A stretch of 64,000 nucleotides of DNA from an uncultured Chloroflexia bacterium. GTDB lineage: Bacteria; Chloroflexota; Chloroflexia; Thermomicrobiales; CFX8. Within the stretch, counting starts at the first letter, position 1, and each line of letters begins with the position of its first letter. Position numbers and translations under genes: made by a program. Positions 19,139 through 28,957 of the stretch are shown here, one piece after another. The DNA lies in NCBI GenBank assembly GCA_963729445.1, contig CAVSNU010000003.1:770550-834549 (forward strand), in the 5' to 3' direction. A model generated the notes under the pieces. It saw only the letters and a program-made list of their open reading frames with translations, was not told the DNA's origin and did no database searches.

Positions 19139-20665
19139 CTATGTAGATTCGGTCTTGCTCTCTTCGTCTTCGAGCTCTTCAGATTCTTCTTCGGCGACGG
19201 CTACCTGAGGTGTTGATTCGTCTTCTAACGTTACGGCCTCGGCTTCCTGGTCGCTGCCGGCAGAGATCGGGGCGGCATCCTCTTCGGGCGCGGCTACTTC
19301 AGTCTCGCCTTCATCGGCGGCAACTGCCTGCGCTTCAGGCTCTTCGTTCAGTAACTCAGCCGCTTCACCGGTCAGAGCTCCCTGGCCATCAGTTGCAATC
19401 TCGATGATTCGATCGGTGAGCTTCCGGTCCTGAATCTCACTCAGCAGGCGCTCGCGGAAATACTCCGACTCATAGATCGAGCGCATGCGCTCGGGATTTT
19501 CCATACCTGCGGTCAGGCGCGAGATCTCGGTCTCAATGTCCTCAGCGGTGATCGCGAGCTCTTCAGCCTCAGTGATCTGCTGGAGAACCAGGCTATTGCG
19601 GACGCGACGCTCGGCATCGGCGCGCATGTCGGCACGCACATCTTCTTCAGTTTGCTGAGCCATCGCCAGGTACATCTCGAGCTCCATGCCGCTCTGGGCC
19701 AGCCGCGAGCGCATCTGGGTAATCTGGTTGTCGATCTCGCTATCGACCATCGCAACCGGGACATCAACCTCGCTGGCGTCCGCCATCGCGTTGACGATCT
19801 CGTTCAATAGCTCGGTGCGTGCCTCAGCTGCCCGATCCCGCAGCAGATCCTTGCGAATCTCGCCGCGTAGCTCATCGATTGATTCCAGACCGCCGATCTT
19901 GCCGGCAAACTCTGCGTCAAGCTCTGGCAGCTCGCGTTCCTTGATGTCCTTGAGACTGATCTCGTAGCGCAGGGTCTTGCCGCGAACTTCAGGAGCGACC
20001 GTTTCGTCATCTTCTTCGAAAGCGAGCGTCAACTCAGTTGATTCGCCAACGTCCATCAGCTTGATGGCGTCTTCCAGCGCTTCGAACATGCCGGCCTCAC
20101 CAAGCACCCATGGCATGTCTTCGGCAGGCTCCTGGAAGACCTCGTCGCCGTTGTAGACGGTCATGTCTATCGTGACCTGGTCGCCCTCGGCCGGCTTGCG
20201 CGGCTCGGGCAATTCAACCCATTCGGCGGCGTTCTTGCGCAATCGCTCGATGGTCTCATCGATGGCTTCATCCTCGATGTTCACTTCGCGGGGCTCGACG
20301 CGCACCGACGTGTAATCGCCAAGCGTCACCTCGGGATACACCTGCACGACAACCTGGAACGCAATGGGCTCTGGCTCAAGCACGTTTACCTCCGGCTCGG
20401 AAACCGGAGTCAACCCTTCCTGCTCGAGCGCTCGGCGATAGAGCTCGTCCATGATGCCCATGCCGGCCTCTTCGACCAGTGCGTCGCGGCCGAGCATACG
20501 CTCTACCACATGACGCGGAGCCTTGCCCTTGCGAAATCCCGGGATGTTGAATTCTTTCACAACCCGTCGATACGCCTGGTTCATAGCTTTTGAGAACTCA
20601 TCGTCGTCGGCGGCAATGTTCATCTGGACGACGCTGCCCGATGATTTGGCAACAGAAACTTTCAA
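19139..20665 (-). CDS. tig: Trigger factor (ribosome-associated PPIase chaperone) with a long acidic C-terminal tail
   Basis: Intact 508-aa ORF. The N-terminal ribosome-binding motif is NIPGFRKGKAPR. It heads the minus-strand tig-clpP-clpX operon. Confidence 0.95.
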   Translation of the reverse strand: MKVSVAKSSGSVVQMNIAADDDEFSKAMNQAYRRVVKEFNIPGFRKGKAPRHVVERMLGRDALVEEAGMGIMDELYRRALEQEGLTPVSEPEVNVLEPEPIAFQVVVQVYPEVTLGDYTSVRVEPREVNIEDEAIDETIERLRKNAAEWVELPEPRKPAEGDQVTIDMTVYNGDEVFQEPAEDMPWVLGEAGMFEALEDAIKLMDVGESTELTLAFEEDDETVAPEVRGKTLRYEISLKDIKERELPELDAEFAGKIGGLESIDELRGEIRKDLLRDRAAEARTELLNEIVNAMADASEVDVPVAMVDSEIDNQITQMRSRLAQSGMELEMYLAMAQQTEEDVRADMRADAERRVRNSLVLQQITEAEELAITAEDIETEISRLTAGMENPERMRSIYESEYFRERLLSEIQDRKLTDRIIEIATDGQGALTGEAAELLNEEPEAQAVAADEGETEVAAPEEDAAPISAGSDQEAEAVTLEDESTPQVAVAEEESEELEDEESKTEST

Positions 20666-20802
20666 CGCTTTACCTCAAATACAGTCGAAGAATCTAACGC
20701 CCGGAGTATAGCAAAACGCGCCAAACTACCTGTAGAAGGGGACGCACAGCCGCGGCTCACCCCGCGGCGATTGTTACAATCGAAGGTCGATTCGCATTTA
20801 TT

Positions 20803-21309
20803 TTGGAAGACGCAGTGAATACTCAATCGAACCCCTCGTCTCTCGACACCCTGTGGCAACAGCAGAGGAACGCTATCCTGCTGCTTGGCCGGGCACTGCA
20901 GGAACGTATCCCCGCTGGTGAGCCCGCAGTGACCGTCCATGGCCGTGACCTGGACTCTGAGAGCGAAGGCGTGGGTTTTCAGTTCCAATTCACGGTGAAC
21001 GGAGATCTCTACGGCGGCCGTTTCCAGTCCGGGTATTTTGTCATTCAGGTGCAGCTCATCAAACGCAAGGCCGGCCTTGGCTGGCAGATCGACGCGATGC
21101 CCATTCTTGAGATAGAGCATGGAAACTACGATCTGTACGCCAAACGCACACACACATTTGCGTATCGAGATCGCCAGGGATTAGAGTCCCTCTTCCTGAA
21201 CAACCTTGCTGAGGACGCCGTAACCTTCTTTCAGAACGTTCGCCATGGCGATCCACCACAGGAGACCGCGATACCTCACGGGGGTCAACGCACCTCGCCG
21301 GTGCTCTAG
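20803..21309 (+). CDS. Hypothetical protein (168 aa)
   Basis: ORF with an alternative start (TTG at 20803, or GTG at 20815), 45 nt upstream of the kinase-like gene on the same strand. I prefer it over the overlapping minus ORF 20662..21153, which would overlap the tig start. The local GC is lower than the surroundings. No family recognised. Confidence 0.45.
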   Translation: MEDAVNTQSNPSSLDTLWQQQRNAILLLGRALQERIPAGEPAVTVHGRDLDSESEGVGFQFQFTVNGDLYGGRFQSGYFVIQVQLIKRKAGLGWQIDAMPILEIEHGNYDLYAKRTHTFAYRDRQGLESLFLNNLAEDAVTFFQNVRHGDPPQETAIPHGGQRTSPVL

Positions 21310-21354
21310 ACGCCAGGTTGTCAGGACCAACGTGCCGCACGTGGCCAGAAAGTT

Positions 21355-22110
21355 GTGGCGATGACCATCATTGAGCCAGACGACACATTTGGCGTCGAAG
21401 ACCGGGAGTGCGTTCCGGCGGTCGAGTTCTTTCGACGCGCCCTGATTCTGGATTGCGAGCTGGTGCCCTGGGGTTCAAACTACACCTTTAGTGTGCTGCT
21501 TCAAGACCCCGAGGAGGAGTTTGACGAGACACTCGCCGTTTATAAACCCGCGGCGGGTGAAGTTCCCTTGTGGGATTTTCCGGACCGCACCCTGTACCGC
21601 CGCGAATACGCGGCCTATCTGGTCGCCGAAGCGCTCGGCTGGCATTTCATTCCCACCACCATCATCCGGGACGGTCCGCATGGTATCGGTACCGTCCAGG
21701 AGTACATCGAGCCGGAGAAGCATGCACACTACTTCTCATTCCGGGACGATCACCGCGACGAGGTCATGCGGATGGCCGTCTTCGACCTGATCACCAACAA
21801 CGCGGACCGCAAGGCCGCCCACTGCCTGCGCAGCGTGGCCGATGGCAGGATCTGGGGTATCGACCACGGCCTGACCTTCAACGTGCAACCAAAACTCCGA
21901 ACCGTCATCTGGGATTTCCAGGACGAGCCCATCGATCGAGCGCTGCTCGACGATCTCCAGAGACTCGGCGCCGACCAGCAGCTCGCCATGAAACTGCTGC
22001 GCTACCTTGACCCGCATGAGGTACGCGCGTTCAACACGCGTATCGAGCGCATCCTGGACACCGGCGTCTTCCCGCGTCTGGTTTCGCGCCGCTCCATCCC
22101 CTGGGGCTGA
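21355..22110 (+). CDS. SCO1664-family protein (PI3/PI4-kinase-like fold)
   Basis: Intact 251-aa ORF. It matches my memory of the family signature well: GSNYTF...AVYKPAAGEVPLWDFPDRTLYRREYAAYLVAEALGW...MAVFDLITNNADRKAAHCL...WGIDHGLTFNVQPKLRTVIWDF. Confidence 0.7.
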   Translation: MAMTIIEPDDTFGVEDRECVPAVEFFRRALILDCELVPWGSNYTFSVLLQDPEEEFDETLAVYKPAAGEVPLWDFPDRTLYRREYAAYLVAEALGWHFIPTTIIRDGPHGIGTVQEYIEPEKHAHYFSFRDDHRDEVMRMAVFDLITNNADRKAAHCLRSVADGRIWGIDHGLTFNVQPKLRTVIWDFQDEPIDRALLDDLQRLGADQQLAMKLLRYLDPHEVRAFNTRIERILDTGVFPRLVSRRSIPWG

Positions 22111-22383
22111 TGCCGGCGCTTTGCGGTTACGACAGGTACGAGATTGCCTCTTCCTATTGACCGCAGCCCCCCACTATGGCTACTATCGCCCTAGATCGTC
22201 GTTCGCGGTATCGTCGCGACCAGCCGGGGGTGGATTTACACCTGAGACTGGCTCACCTTGCAGTACGCCGGGCTACTCGGTTCAGGTGTTAAGGTGGTCC
22301 GTGCGGCTATGACCGATGCCTGTTTTGGGCGCCGACGAACTGGGTTATGTCACCTGACGGTTCGGCGAGTTTGAGGAGGGAAC

Positions 22384-22869
22384 ATGCAACACCCGGTTTC
22401 GATGACCGTTAACGGTTCCACGCGCACTAGCGAGGTCGAACCACGTACATTGCTGGTACACCATCTTCGGGAGAACCTTGGGTTGACCGGTACGCACATC
22501 GGCTGCGACACCAGCCAGTGCGGCGCGTGCACCATCATCATGAACGGCAAAGCCGTGAAGTCCTGCACCGTGCTCGCCGTTCAGGCGGAAGGCGCGGACA
22601 TCATGACCATCGAGGGCCTGGCAAAGGACGGCCAGCTGCACCCGATTCAGGAAGGGTTCTGGGAAGAGCACGGCCTGCAGTGCGGCTACTGCACGCCGGG
22701 CATGATCATGACCACCGTGGACATGCTGCAGCGCAACCCCAACCCGACCGAGGCGGAGATCCGGCACGGCCTGGAGGGGAACCTCTGCCGCTGCACCGGC
22801 TACCAGCACATTGTGAAATCCATTCAGTACGCGGCAAACAAGATGGCGGGCGCGGCGGGCGACGATTAA
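22384..22869 (+). CDS. coxS: Molybdenum hydroxylase small subunit, 2x[2Fe-2S] (CoxS-like)
   Basis: Intact 161-aa ORF with GAGGAGGG RBS. Cys motifs are [11 protein letters not shown] and [10 protein letters not shown]...CRCTGY. Confidence 0.9.
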   Translation: MQHPVSMTVNGSTRTSEVEPRTLLVHHLRENLGLTGTHIGCDTSQCGACTIIMNGKAVKSCTVLAVQAEGADIMTIEGLAKDGQLHPIQEGFWEEHGLQCGYCTPGMIMTTVDMLQRNPNPTEAEIRHGLEGNLCRCTGYQHIVKSIQYAANKMAGAAGDD

Positions 22870-22933
22870 CAATCGCCGGCGCGCGCACCAGTCCCTCAGC
22901 GTTAACGCTTGACATCGAGCACTGGAGGCCATC

Positions 22934-25312
22934 ATGACTGCGACTGAACCCAGAAAGGAACTCGTTGGACAAAGGCTAAAGCGCCGTGAAGATCCGCGCC
23001 TGGTCAAGGGTGCGGCCCGCTTCATGGATGATATTGTGCTGCCCGGCATGGTCCACGCGGCCATCCTGCGCAGCCCACACGCCCACGCTCGAATCACGAG
23101 CATCGACACATCGGCTGCGAAGGAGATGCCCGGCGTCGTCGGTGTCTTTACCGGCCGGGACATGCAAGAAATCAATCCTCTGCCCTGCGCCTTTCCGGTT
23201 GGCCACGGTGTCGCCAACAACATCAACACGCCGCGGGCGCTCGCCATCGATGAGGTCCACTGGACCGGCGATGGCGTCGCGGTCGTCGTGGCGGAGACGG
23301 TTGCCGAGGCACGCGATGCCCTGGACGCCATCCAGGTTGAGTACGACGTGCTGCCGGCCGTCGTTGATGCCGAGCTCGCGACCCGCGAGGGTGCCCCGCT
23401 GCTCCACGAGAACGCGCCCAACAACGTCGCCTTCGAGTGGAACGCCGGCGACAAAGCCGGCACCGAAGGCGCACTCAACAGCGGCGATGTCGTCGTGAGG
23501 CAGAGGATCCGCAACCAGCGGCTCATCCCGACGCCCATGGAAACGCGCGGCGCAACTGGTTTGTACGATGCGGGCACCGACGAGTACACCTTCTGGCTCT
23601 CATCGCAGGCTCCGCACGTCCACCGGCTGCTCCTCGCCGCCTTCGTGTTAGGTCACCCGGAAGAGAAGATTCGGGTCATCACTCCGGACCTCGGTGGCGG
23701 GTTTGGGTGCAAGATCTTCGTCTACCCGGAGTATCCGCTCGTGGGCTGGCTCAGCAAAACGCTCAACCGGCCCGTGAAGTGGACCGAGGGACGCGCAGAG
23801 AGCCACTCGGCCACGTCGCACGGCCGCGACCACGTCACTGACATCCAGGTGGCCGCCAACCGCGACGGCAAGATCACCGGCCTGCACGTCAAGACCTACG
23901 CCAACATGGGCGGTTACCTCTCGACAATCGCGCCAGGGGTTGCCACAACGCTCTATGGCCGCATGGTTTCGGGTGTCTACGACATTCCCAATGTCTACTG
24001 CGAGATCACCGGCACCTACACCAATACCGGCATGGTCGATGCCTACCGTGGCGCCGGAAGACCCGAGGCAACGTTCCTGGTCGAGCGCGCCATCGATCTC
24101 GTGGCGGACGAGCTCGGCATGGACCCAGCGGAGGTACGCAAGGTCAACTTCATCTCCAACGAGGCATTCCCCTATACCAACCACGTGGGCATGTTGCCGT
24201 ACGACTCCGGCAACTACGTGCCGGCGCTGGACAAGGCGCTTGCGAACATCGGCTACGACGAGCTTCTCAGGCAGCAGGAAGCACTGCGCCAGCAGGGAAA
24301 ATATCTTGGCATCGGGTTCTCATCGTATGTTGAGGTTTGTGGGGTCGCTCCGTCAGCCTGGATCAATGCCGAGGGTTGGGGCGCGGCGCTCTGGGAGAGC
24401 GCGAACGTCAAGGTACACCTGACCGGCAAGGTCGTCGTGACCACCGGGACGCTGCCACACGGCCAGGGTCACGAGACCTCGTTCGCCCAGATCGTTTCCG
24501 ACCGGCTCGGCGTGCCGTATGACGACATCACCGTGGAGTGGGGCGATACCCAGGGAACACCCTTCGGCTATGGCACCTACGGCAGTCGATCGCTGACGGT
24601 TGGCGGCACAGCCATCGTGCACTCCGTTGAAAAGATCCGCGACAAGATCGAGAAGATCGCGGCTCACCTGCTCGAAGTCAACGAGTCCGACATCGAGTAC
24701 AAGGACGGCACTGCGTCCGTCATTGGTGCGCCCGACCGATCGTTGTCGTTCGCGGAGATCGCGCTCGCCTCCGCAACCGGTCTCAACCTGCCGGCGGGGA
24801 TGGAGCCCTATCTCGACGAGACCACCTACTACGACCCACCGAACTGCACGTTCCCATTTGGCACGCACATCGCGGTCGTCGAGGTGGACGCGGAAACCGG
24901 CAAAGTCGACCTGAAGCGATATGTCGCGGTCGACGATGTCGGCAACGTGGTCAACCCGCTCATCGTCGATGGTCAGGTGCAGGGCGGCATCGTCCAGGGC
25001 ATCGGCCAGGCGTTGTACGAAGGTGCGGTCTATGATGACGACGGGCAACTGCTGACTGGCTCACTGATGGACTACGCCATCCCACACGCCGGCCAGATGG
25101 TCAACTTGGAGCTCGACCGGACAGTAACGGTCTCACCGGTCAACGCGCTTGGCGTCAAGGGCGCCGGCGAAGCGGGTACGATCGCGTCAACCCCGGCCGT
25201 GGTCAACGCGGTCGTGGATGCGCTCGCGCCACTGGGTATCAAACACATTGATATGCCATTGTCCGCACCACGAGTTTGGGCGGCGATGCAACAGGCGAAC
25301 GGGAGGAACTAA
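22934..25312 (+). CDS. coxL: Molybdenum hydroxylase large (molybdopterin-binding) subunit, form II CoxL-like (AYRGAGR)
   Basis: Intact 792-aa ORF of the XDH/CODH family ([25 protein letters not shown]). The active-site loop reads [13 protein letters not shown], not the AYxCSFR of bona fide CO dehydrogenases. Confidence 0.9.
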   Translation: MTATEPRKELVGQRLKRREDPRLVKGAARFMDDIVLPGMVHAAILRSPHAHARITSIDTSAAKEMPGVVGVFTGRDMQEINPLPCAFPVGHGVANNINTPRALAIDEVHWTGDGVAVVVAETVAEARDALDAIQVEYDVLPAVVDAELATREGAPLLHENAPNNVAFEWNAGDKAGTEGALNSGDVVVRQRIRNQRLIPTPMETRGATGLYDAGTDEYTFWLSSQAPHVHRLLLAAFVLGHPEEKIRVITPDLGGGFGCKIFVYPEYPLVGWLSKTLNRPVKWTEGRAESHSATSHGRDHVTDIQVAANRDGKITGLHVKTYANMGGYLSTIAPGVATTLYGRMVSGVYDIPNVYCEITGTYTNTGMVDAYRGAGRPEATFLVERAIDLVADELGMDPAEVRKVNFISNEAFPYTNHVGMLPYDSGNYVPALDKALANIGYDELLRQQEALRQQGKYLGIGFSSYVEVCGVAPSAWINAEGWGAALWESANVKVHLTGKVVVTTGTLPHGQGHETSFAQIVSDRLGVPYDDITVEWGDTQGTPFGYGTYGSRSLTVGGTAIVHSVEKIRDKIEKIAAHLLEVNESDIEYKDGTASVIGAPDRSLSFAEIALASATGLNLPAGMEPYLDETTYYDPPNCTFPFGTHIAVVEVDAETGKVDLKRYVAVDDVGNVVNPLIVDGQVQGGIVQGIGQALYEGAVYDDDGQLLTGSLMDYAIPHAGQMVNLELDRTVTVSPVNALGVKGAGEAGTIASTPAVVNAVVDALAPLGIKHIDMPLSAPRVWAAMQQANGRN

Positions 25313-25314
25313 CG

Positions 25315-26172
25315 ATGTATCCGGCAGCATTTGATTACCACCGGCCGGGGTCGGTTCAGGAGGCAGTAGCGATCCTGCAGGAGAACCCCGACGCGAAGAT
25401 TCTGGCGGGCGGGCACTCGCTCCTCCCGGCCATGAAGCTTCGGCTGGCTGAGCCCGGCGCCATCGTCGACCTCGGCAGTATCTCCGGTCTCAGGCAGCTC
25501 TCAGTCAATGGCGGCGCGACGATCGGCGCGATGTGCACCTATGACGTGCTGCTCAACAACGCCGAGCTGAAATCCAGGTATCCGGTGTTGCATGAGGCTG
25601 CCGGCTGGGTGGGCGATATCCAGGTGAGAAACCTGGGTACCATCGGCGGATCCGCCGCCCATGCAGATCCAGCAGCCGATATTCCCGCCGCACTGGTCGC
25701 CCTGGATGCAGAGTTCGTCGCCGTGGGTCCGAACGGCGAGCGGACGATCCCGGCCAGCGAGTTCTTCATCGACATCTTCACGACGGCCCTCGAGCCGGAG
25801 GAAGTGCTGACCCAGATCAATCTACCGGCCCCGCAGGACAACGTCGTCTCAGCGTACGAGAAGTTCCCGCATCCGGCCTCGGGCTATCCGGTCTGCGGCG
25901 TGGCAGCCGTCGTCACTCGTGATGGCTCCGGCAACGTGAGCTCCGCCAGGATTACGGCGACCGGCTCGGTCTATGTCGTCACGCGTTTGACCGGCGCCGA
26001 GGAGGCCCTCGTTGGCACCAGCGGCGACGCCAGCGCCGTCGAGGCGGCAGCGGAGCGCGCTACCGAGGGTGTCACCGAGTTTGCGGGCGACCACTACGCT
26101 TCGTCGGAGTACCGCGAGCACTTGACCAAGGTCATTGCGAAGCGCGCGTTGAATCGAGCTCTGGGGAACTAA
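25315..26172 (+). CDS. coxM: Molybdenum hydroxylase medium FAD-binding subunit (CoxM-like)
   Basis: ATG at 25315 (GGGAGGA RBS) inside ORF 25276..26172. The product begins MYPAAFDYHRPGSVQEAVAILQE...ILAGGHSLLPAMKLR, and GTIGGS is present. Confidence 0.9.
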   Translation: MYPAAFDYHRPGSVQEAVAILQENPDAKILAGGHSLLPAMKLRLAEPGAIVDLGSISGLRQLSVNGGATIGAMCTYDVLLNNAELKSRYPVLHEAAGWVGDIQVRNLGTIGGSAAHADPAADIPAALVALDAEFVAVGPNGERTIPASEFFIDIFTTALEPEEVLTQINLPAPQDNVVSAYEKFPHPASGYPVCGVAAVVTRDGSGNVSSARITATGSVYVVTRLTGAEEALVGTSGDASAVEAAAERATEGVTEFAGDHYASSEYREHLTKVIAKRALNRALGN

Positions 26173-26187
26173 GGCTCTCTTCCCCGG

Positions 26188-26258
26188 TCCCGCTCCCCGT
26201 GGGGAGCGGCAAGAAACGAGCGAAACACCCCCCTCTCTCGACCGGGAGAGGGGGGTGG
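26188..26258 (+). terminator. Two consecutive GC-rich hairpins after coxM (repeat family C-like)
   Basis: CCGCTCCCC-GT-GGGGAGCGG (about 26190-26209) and CACCCCCCTCTC-TCGACCGG-GAGAGGGGGGTG (about 26226-26257). There is no clear U-tract, so terminator function is inferred from position only. Confidence 0.4.
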
Positions 26259-26385
26259 GAGAGAGCGGTTTCTATCATGACTTCATTATGGTGATGATAG
26301 AATATTCTGGTGTTGATTACGTAACGACGGTTACGCGGTGGACGATAGTGAGCCTCGCCGGTGACCGGTCAAATGTGAGGATTAG

Positions 26386-27303
26386 TTGTTGGCTACGGCG
26401 CAGCAAGCGACTCATTCATTAGAGTCCATTGATGAAGTTCAAGAAGCTCTCGGTTCACAACGGTATGTGGCCGATTCCAGCCTTTCGACCGCCATCTATC
26501 TCGCCCTGAAGCTGCCGAAGCCGCTCCTCCTCGAAGGAGAAGCCGGTGTCGGCAAGACGGAGATCGCCAAGGTTCTCGCGGCGATTCTGGGCACCGACCT
26601 GATCCGGTTGCAGTGCTATGAGGGTCTGGACGTCTCGCATGCGGTCTATGAGTGGAACTATCCGCGTCAGATGCTCGCCATCCGCGCGGCGGAATCCAGC
26701 CATGATAGCCGCGAAGCGGCCATGGCCGAGATCTTCGGCGAAGACTACCTCATCAAGCGCCCGCTCCTGCAGGCGATCGAGCACCGTGGCAGAGCCCCTG
26801 TGCTGCTGATCGACGAGATTGACCGCGCTGACGAGGAGTTCGAGGCGTTCTTGCTGGAGCTGCTGTCTGACTTCCAGGTAACTGTCCCGGAAATCGGCAC
26901 GCTCGTTGCCGAGCATCCACCAATCGTCATTATTACGTCGAACCGGACCCGGGAGCTGCACGACGCACTCAAGCGACGCTGCCTGTACCACTGGATCGAC
27001 TACCCGACCGTCGACAAGGAATACAAGATCGTCCAGACCAAGGTGCCAGGAGTGAACGACCGGCTCGCGAAGCAGATCGCGACCTTCGTTGCTGACCTGC
27101 GTCAGATCGACCTCTACAAGGTTCCCGGCGTTGCAGAGACGCTGGACTGGGCTGCCGCGCTGATGGCGCTGAGCCAGACCGAGATCACAGCGGAAGTCGC
27201 ATCGACCACCCTTGGCGCGATTCTGAAGCATCAGGAAGACATTCAGTCGATCCGCAAGGGCAAGCTCGATGAATTGATTGGCGCAGCAAAGAACAGTGAC
27301 TGA
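26386..27303 (+). CDS. coxD: MoxR-type AAA+ ATPase (CoxD-like Mo-enzyme maturation factor)
   Basis: Intact 305-aa ORF. Walker A is LLEGEAGVGKTEIAKVLA, Walker B is VLLIDEIDRADEEFE, and LIRLQCYEGLD is typical of CoxD/MoxR. Confidence 0.85.
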   Translation: MLATAQQATHSLESIDEVQEALGSQRYVADSSLSTAIYLALKLPKPLLLEGEAGVGKTEIAKVLAAILGTDLIRLQCYEGLDVSHAVYEWNYPRQMLAIRAAESSHDSREAAMAEIFGEDYLIKRPLLQAIEHRGRAPVLLIDEIDRADEEFEAFLLELLSDFQVTVPEIGTLVAEHPPIVIITSNRTRELHDALKRRCLYHWIDYPTVDKEYKIVQTKVPGVNDRLAKQIATFVADLRQIDLYKVPGVAETLDWAAALMALSQTEITAEVASTTLGAILKHQEDIQSIRKGKLDELIGAAKNSD

Positions 27304-28604
27304 GGGTAACCGCAGAGTAAAACGACTGTCGAAGGAGCCGGGGCAGCGCTTTCTTGAGCGCTCGCTCCGCTTCGGGCGGGTGCTGCGCGCCAACGGCGTG
27401 ATGGTGACCCCGTCGCAGGTCATGACCTTTGTCGAAGCCACCCATCACATCGGCATCGAGCGCCGCCGGCGCTTCAAGCAGGCCGCCGAAGCCTGCCTGG
27501 TCACCCGGAAAGAAGATCTGCCGATCTTCGACGAGGTCTTTGACCGCTACTGGGTTTCGCGACGCGAGGCGAGTGACAACGCCGATAACCTGACAGACTT
27601 CCAGGAAATCAGCGCCGAAGAAGCTGAGATGATGCAGGACGACTCAGACGAGATGTCCGGCGCCGAGGGCGAGAGCATGACCTCTGAACAGGTCGAAGGG
27701 CTTGAGTCCGAAGACGGCGACTCTGACGACCCCGGCGACGCGGATGACGTCGACGCCGAGTCGATCATGACCTACAGTGCATCTGAAGCGCTGCGCAGCA
27801 AGGACTTTTCTGAGTACACCCAGGAAGAGCTTGAACAGGCACGCTTCCTGATGCGTCATCTCGAGTGGGAGATCGGCAAGCGCCGCTCCCGCCGGAAGAT
27901 CGCAACCCCCAAGGGCCGCTTCATCGACGCACGGCGCACCATGCGCAAATCTCTCCAGACGGCTGGTGTACCGCTCAAGATCTCGCAGCGCAAGATCAAG
28001 CACAAGCCACGCGCCCTGATCGTGATCTGCGACATCTCCGGCTCGATGGATCGCTACTCGCGGCTCCTGCTGCACTTCATCCATACCATCGAGAACGACA
28101 TGGCAAAGGTTGAGGCGTTCGTCTTTGGCACGCGCCTGACGCGGGTCACCCGCGTTCTCAAAAACCGGCCGATCGACGAGGCCATCACCAAAGTCTCAAG
28201 CGAAGTGCAAGACTGGGCCGGCGGCACGCGCATCGGCGAATCGATCCAGACCTTCAACCAGGAGTGGGCACGGCGCGTGCTGCGCAATGGCGCGGTTGTG
28301 CTGATCATCTCCGACGGCTGGGACCGCGGCGACCCCGATCTGCTGGCGGCCGAGATGTCGCGCCTGCAACGCTCCTGCTACCGGCTTGATCTGGCTCAAC
28401 CCACTGCTGGGTTCGCCTCGCTATCAGCCCCTGACACGCGGTATGCAGGCGGCGATGCCGTTTATCGACGACTTCATGCCGGTGCACAACCTTGAGAGCC
28501 TGGAACTGCTGGCGGATCATCTCTCGAAGATCGGAGAGACCCGACCGGTGCGCCGGCAGAAACCGCTCGACTATGAACAGAGCCGCATCGCAGCGGCCGA
28601 CTAA
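27278..28604 (+). pseudogene. coxE: VWA-domain protein (CoxE-like); one frame break near the C-terminus
   Basis: ORF 27278..28495 has the VWA MIDAS region LIVICDISGSMDRYS and an acidic linker. After ...LQRSCYRL the family-typical tail IWLNPLLGSPRYQPLTRGMQAAMPFIDDFMPVHNLESL lies in ORF 28386..28604. The break is at about 28385. The start is uncertain (GTG at 27296 is an alternative). Confidence 0.8.
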
Positions 28605-28621
28605 CCCCGGAAGGGAGCGCA

Positions 28622-28957
28622 ATGATGCGTGATGTTCTCGAACAGATTGATACCTGGCTCGACCAGGGCGAGGAGATCGCTGTTGCCACCGTCATCTCGG
28701 CGGCCGGCTCAACGCCTCGCCCGGTCGGCGCACGCATGATCGTGACCAGAACCGGCAAGATGCATGGCTCGGTTAGCGGTGGATGCGTCGAGGGTGCGGT
28801 TGTTGAGACCGCCATCGACGTCCTCGAACAGGGCCGCCCAAAACTCGTCTCGTTCGGCATCTCAGACGAGATGGCATGGGACGTCGGCCTCTCGTGTGGA
28901 GGCACGATCGAAGTATTCGTCGAGCCACTCGACGTCCAGGCGGTGGGCGAAGCATGA
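28622..28957 (+). CDS. xdhC: XdhC/CoxI N-terminal-domain-only protein (111 aa)
   Basis: Intact ORF. Motifs DQGEEIAVATVISAAGSTPRPVGARMIV...GSVSGGCVE and WDVGLSCGGTIEVFVEP match the XdhC_CoxI domain. The Rossmann-like C-domain is absent. Confidence 0.75.
   Translation: MMRDVLEQIDTWLDQGEEIAVATVISAAGSTPRPVGARMIVTRTGKMHGSVSGGCVEGAVVETAIDVLEQGRPKLVSFGISDEMAWDVGLSCGGTIEVFVEPLDVQAVGEA

Noticed and set aside
20662-21153. 163-aa minus ORF as the real gene in the 20.7-21.2 kb region
   Set aside because: It would overlap the tig start codon region. It has Cys/His-rich odd composition and no RBS. The + ORF 20803..21309 sits in operon-like position before the kinase-like gene. I remain only moderately confident in either.
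22111-22383. Moco riboswitch upstream of coxS
   Set aside because: The context would fit, but I could not find the conserved core I remember for the Moco motif. I keep it only as an unclassified leader.
22345-23589. 414-aa minus ORF antisense to coxS/coxL, and similar antisense ORFs (26455..27441, 24353..25048, 9778..10464, 12234..12965, 45301..46275, 36409..37239, 35628..36425)
   Set aside because: All are antisense to genes with unambiguous family motifs and have low-complexity Arg/Ala/Pro-rich composition. They are shadow ORFs.
22934-25312. Calling the cluster an aerobic CO dehydrogenase (form I)
   Set aside because: The active-site loop is AYRGAGR in both large subunits, not AYxCSFR. 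The gene order is S-L-M rather than M-S-L. I therefore annotate them only as CoxL-like Mo hydroxylases of unknown substrate.
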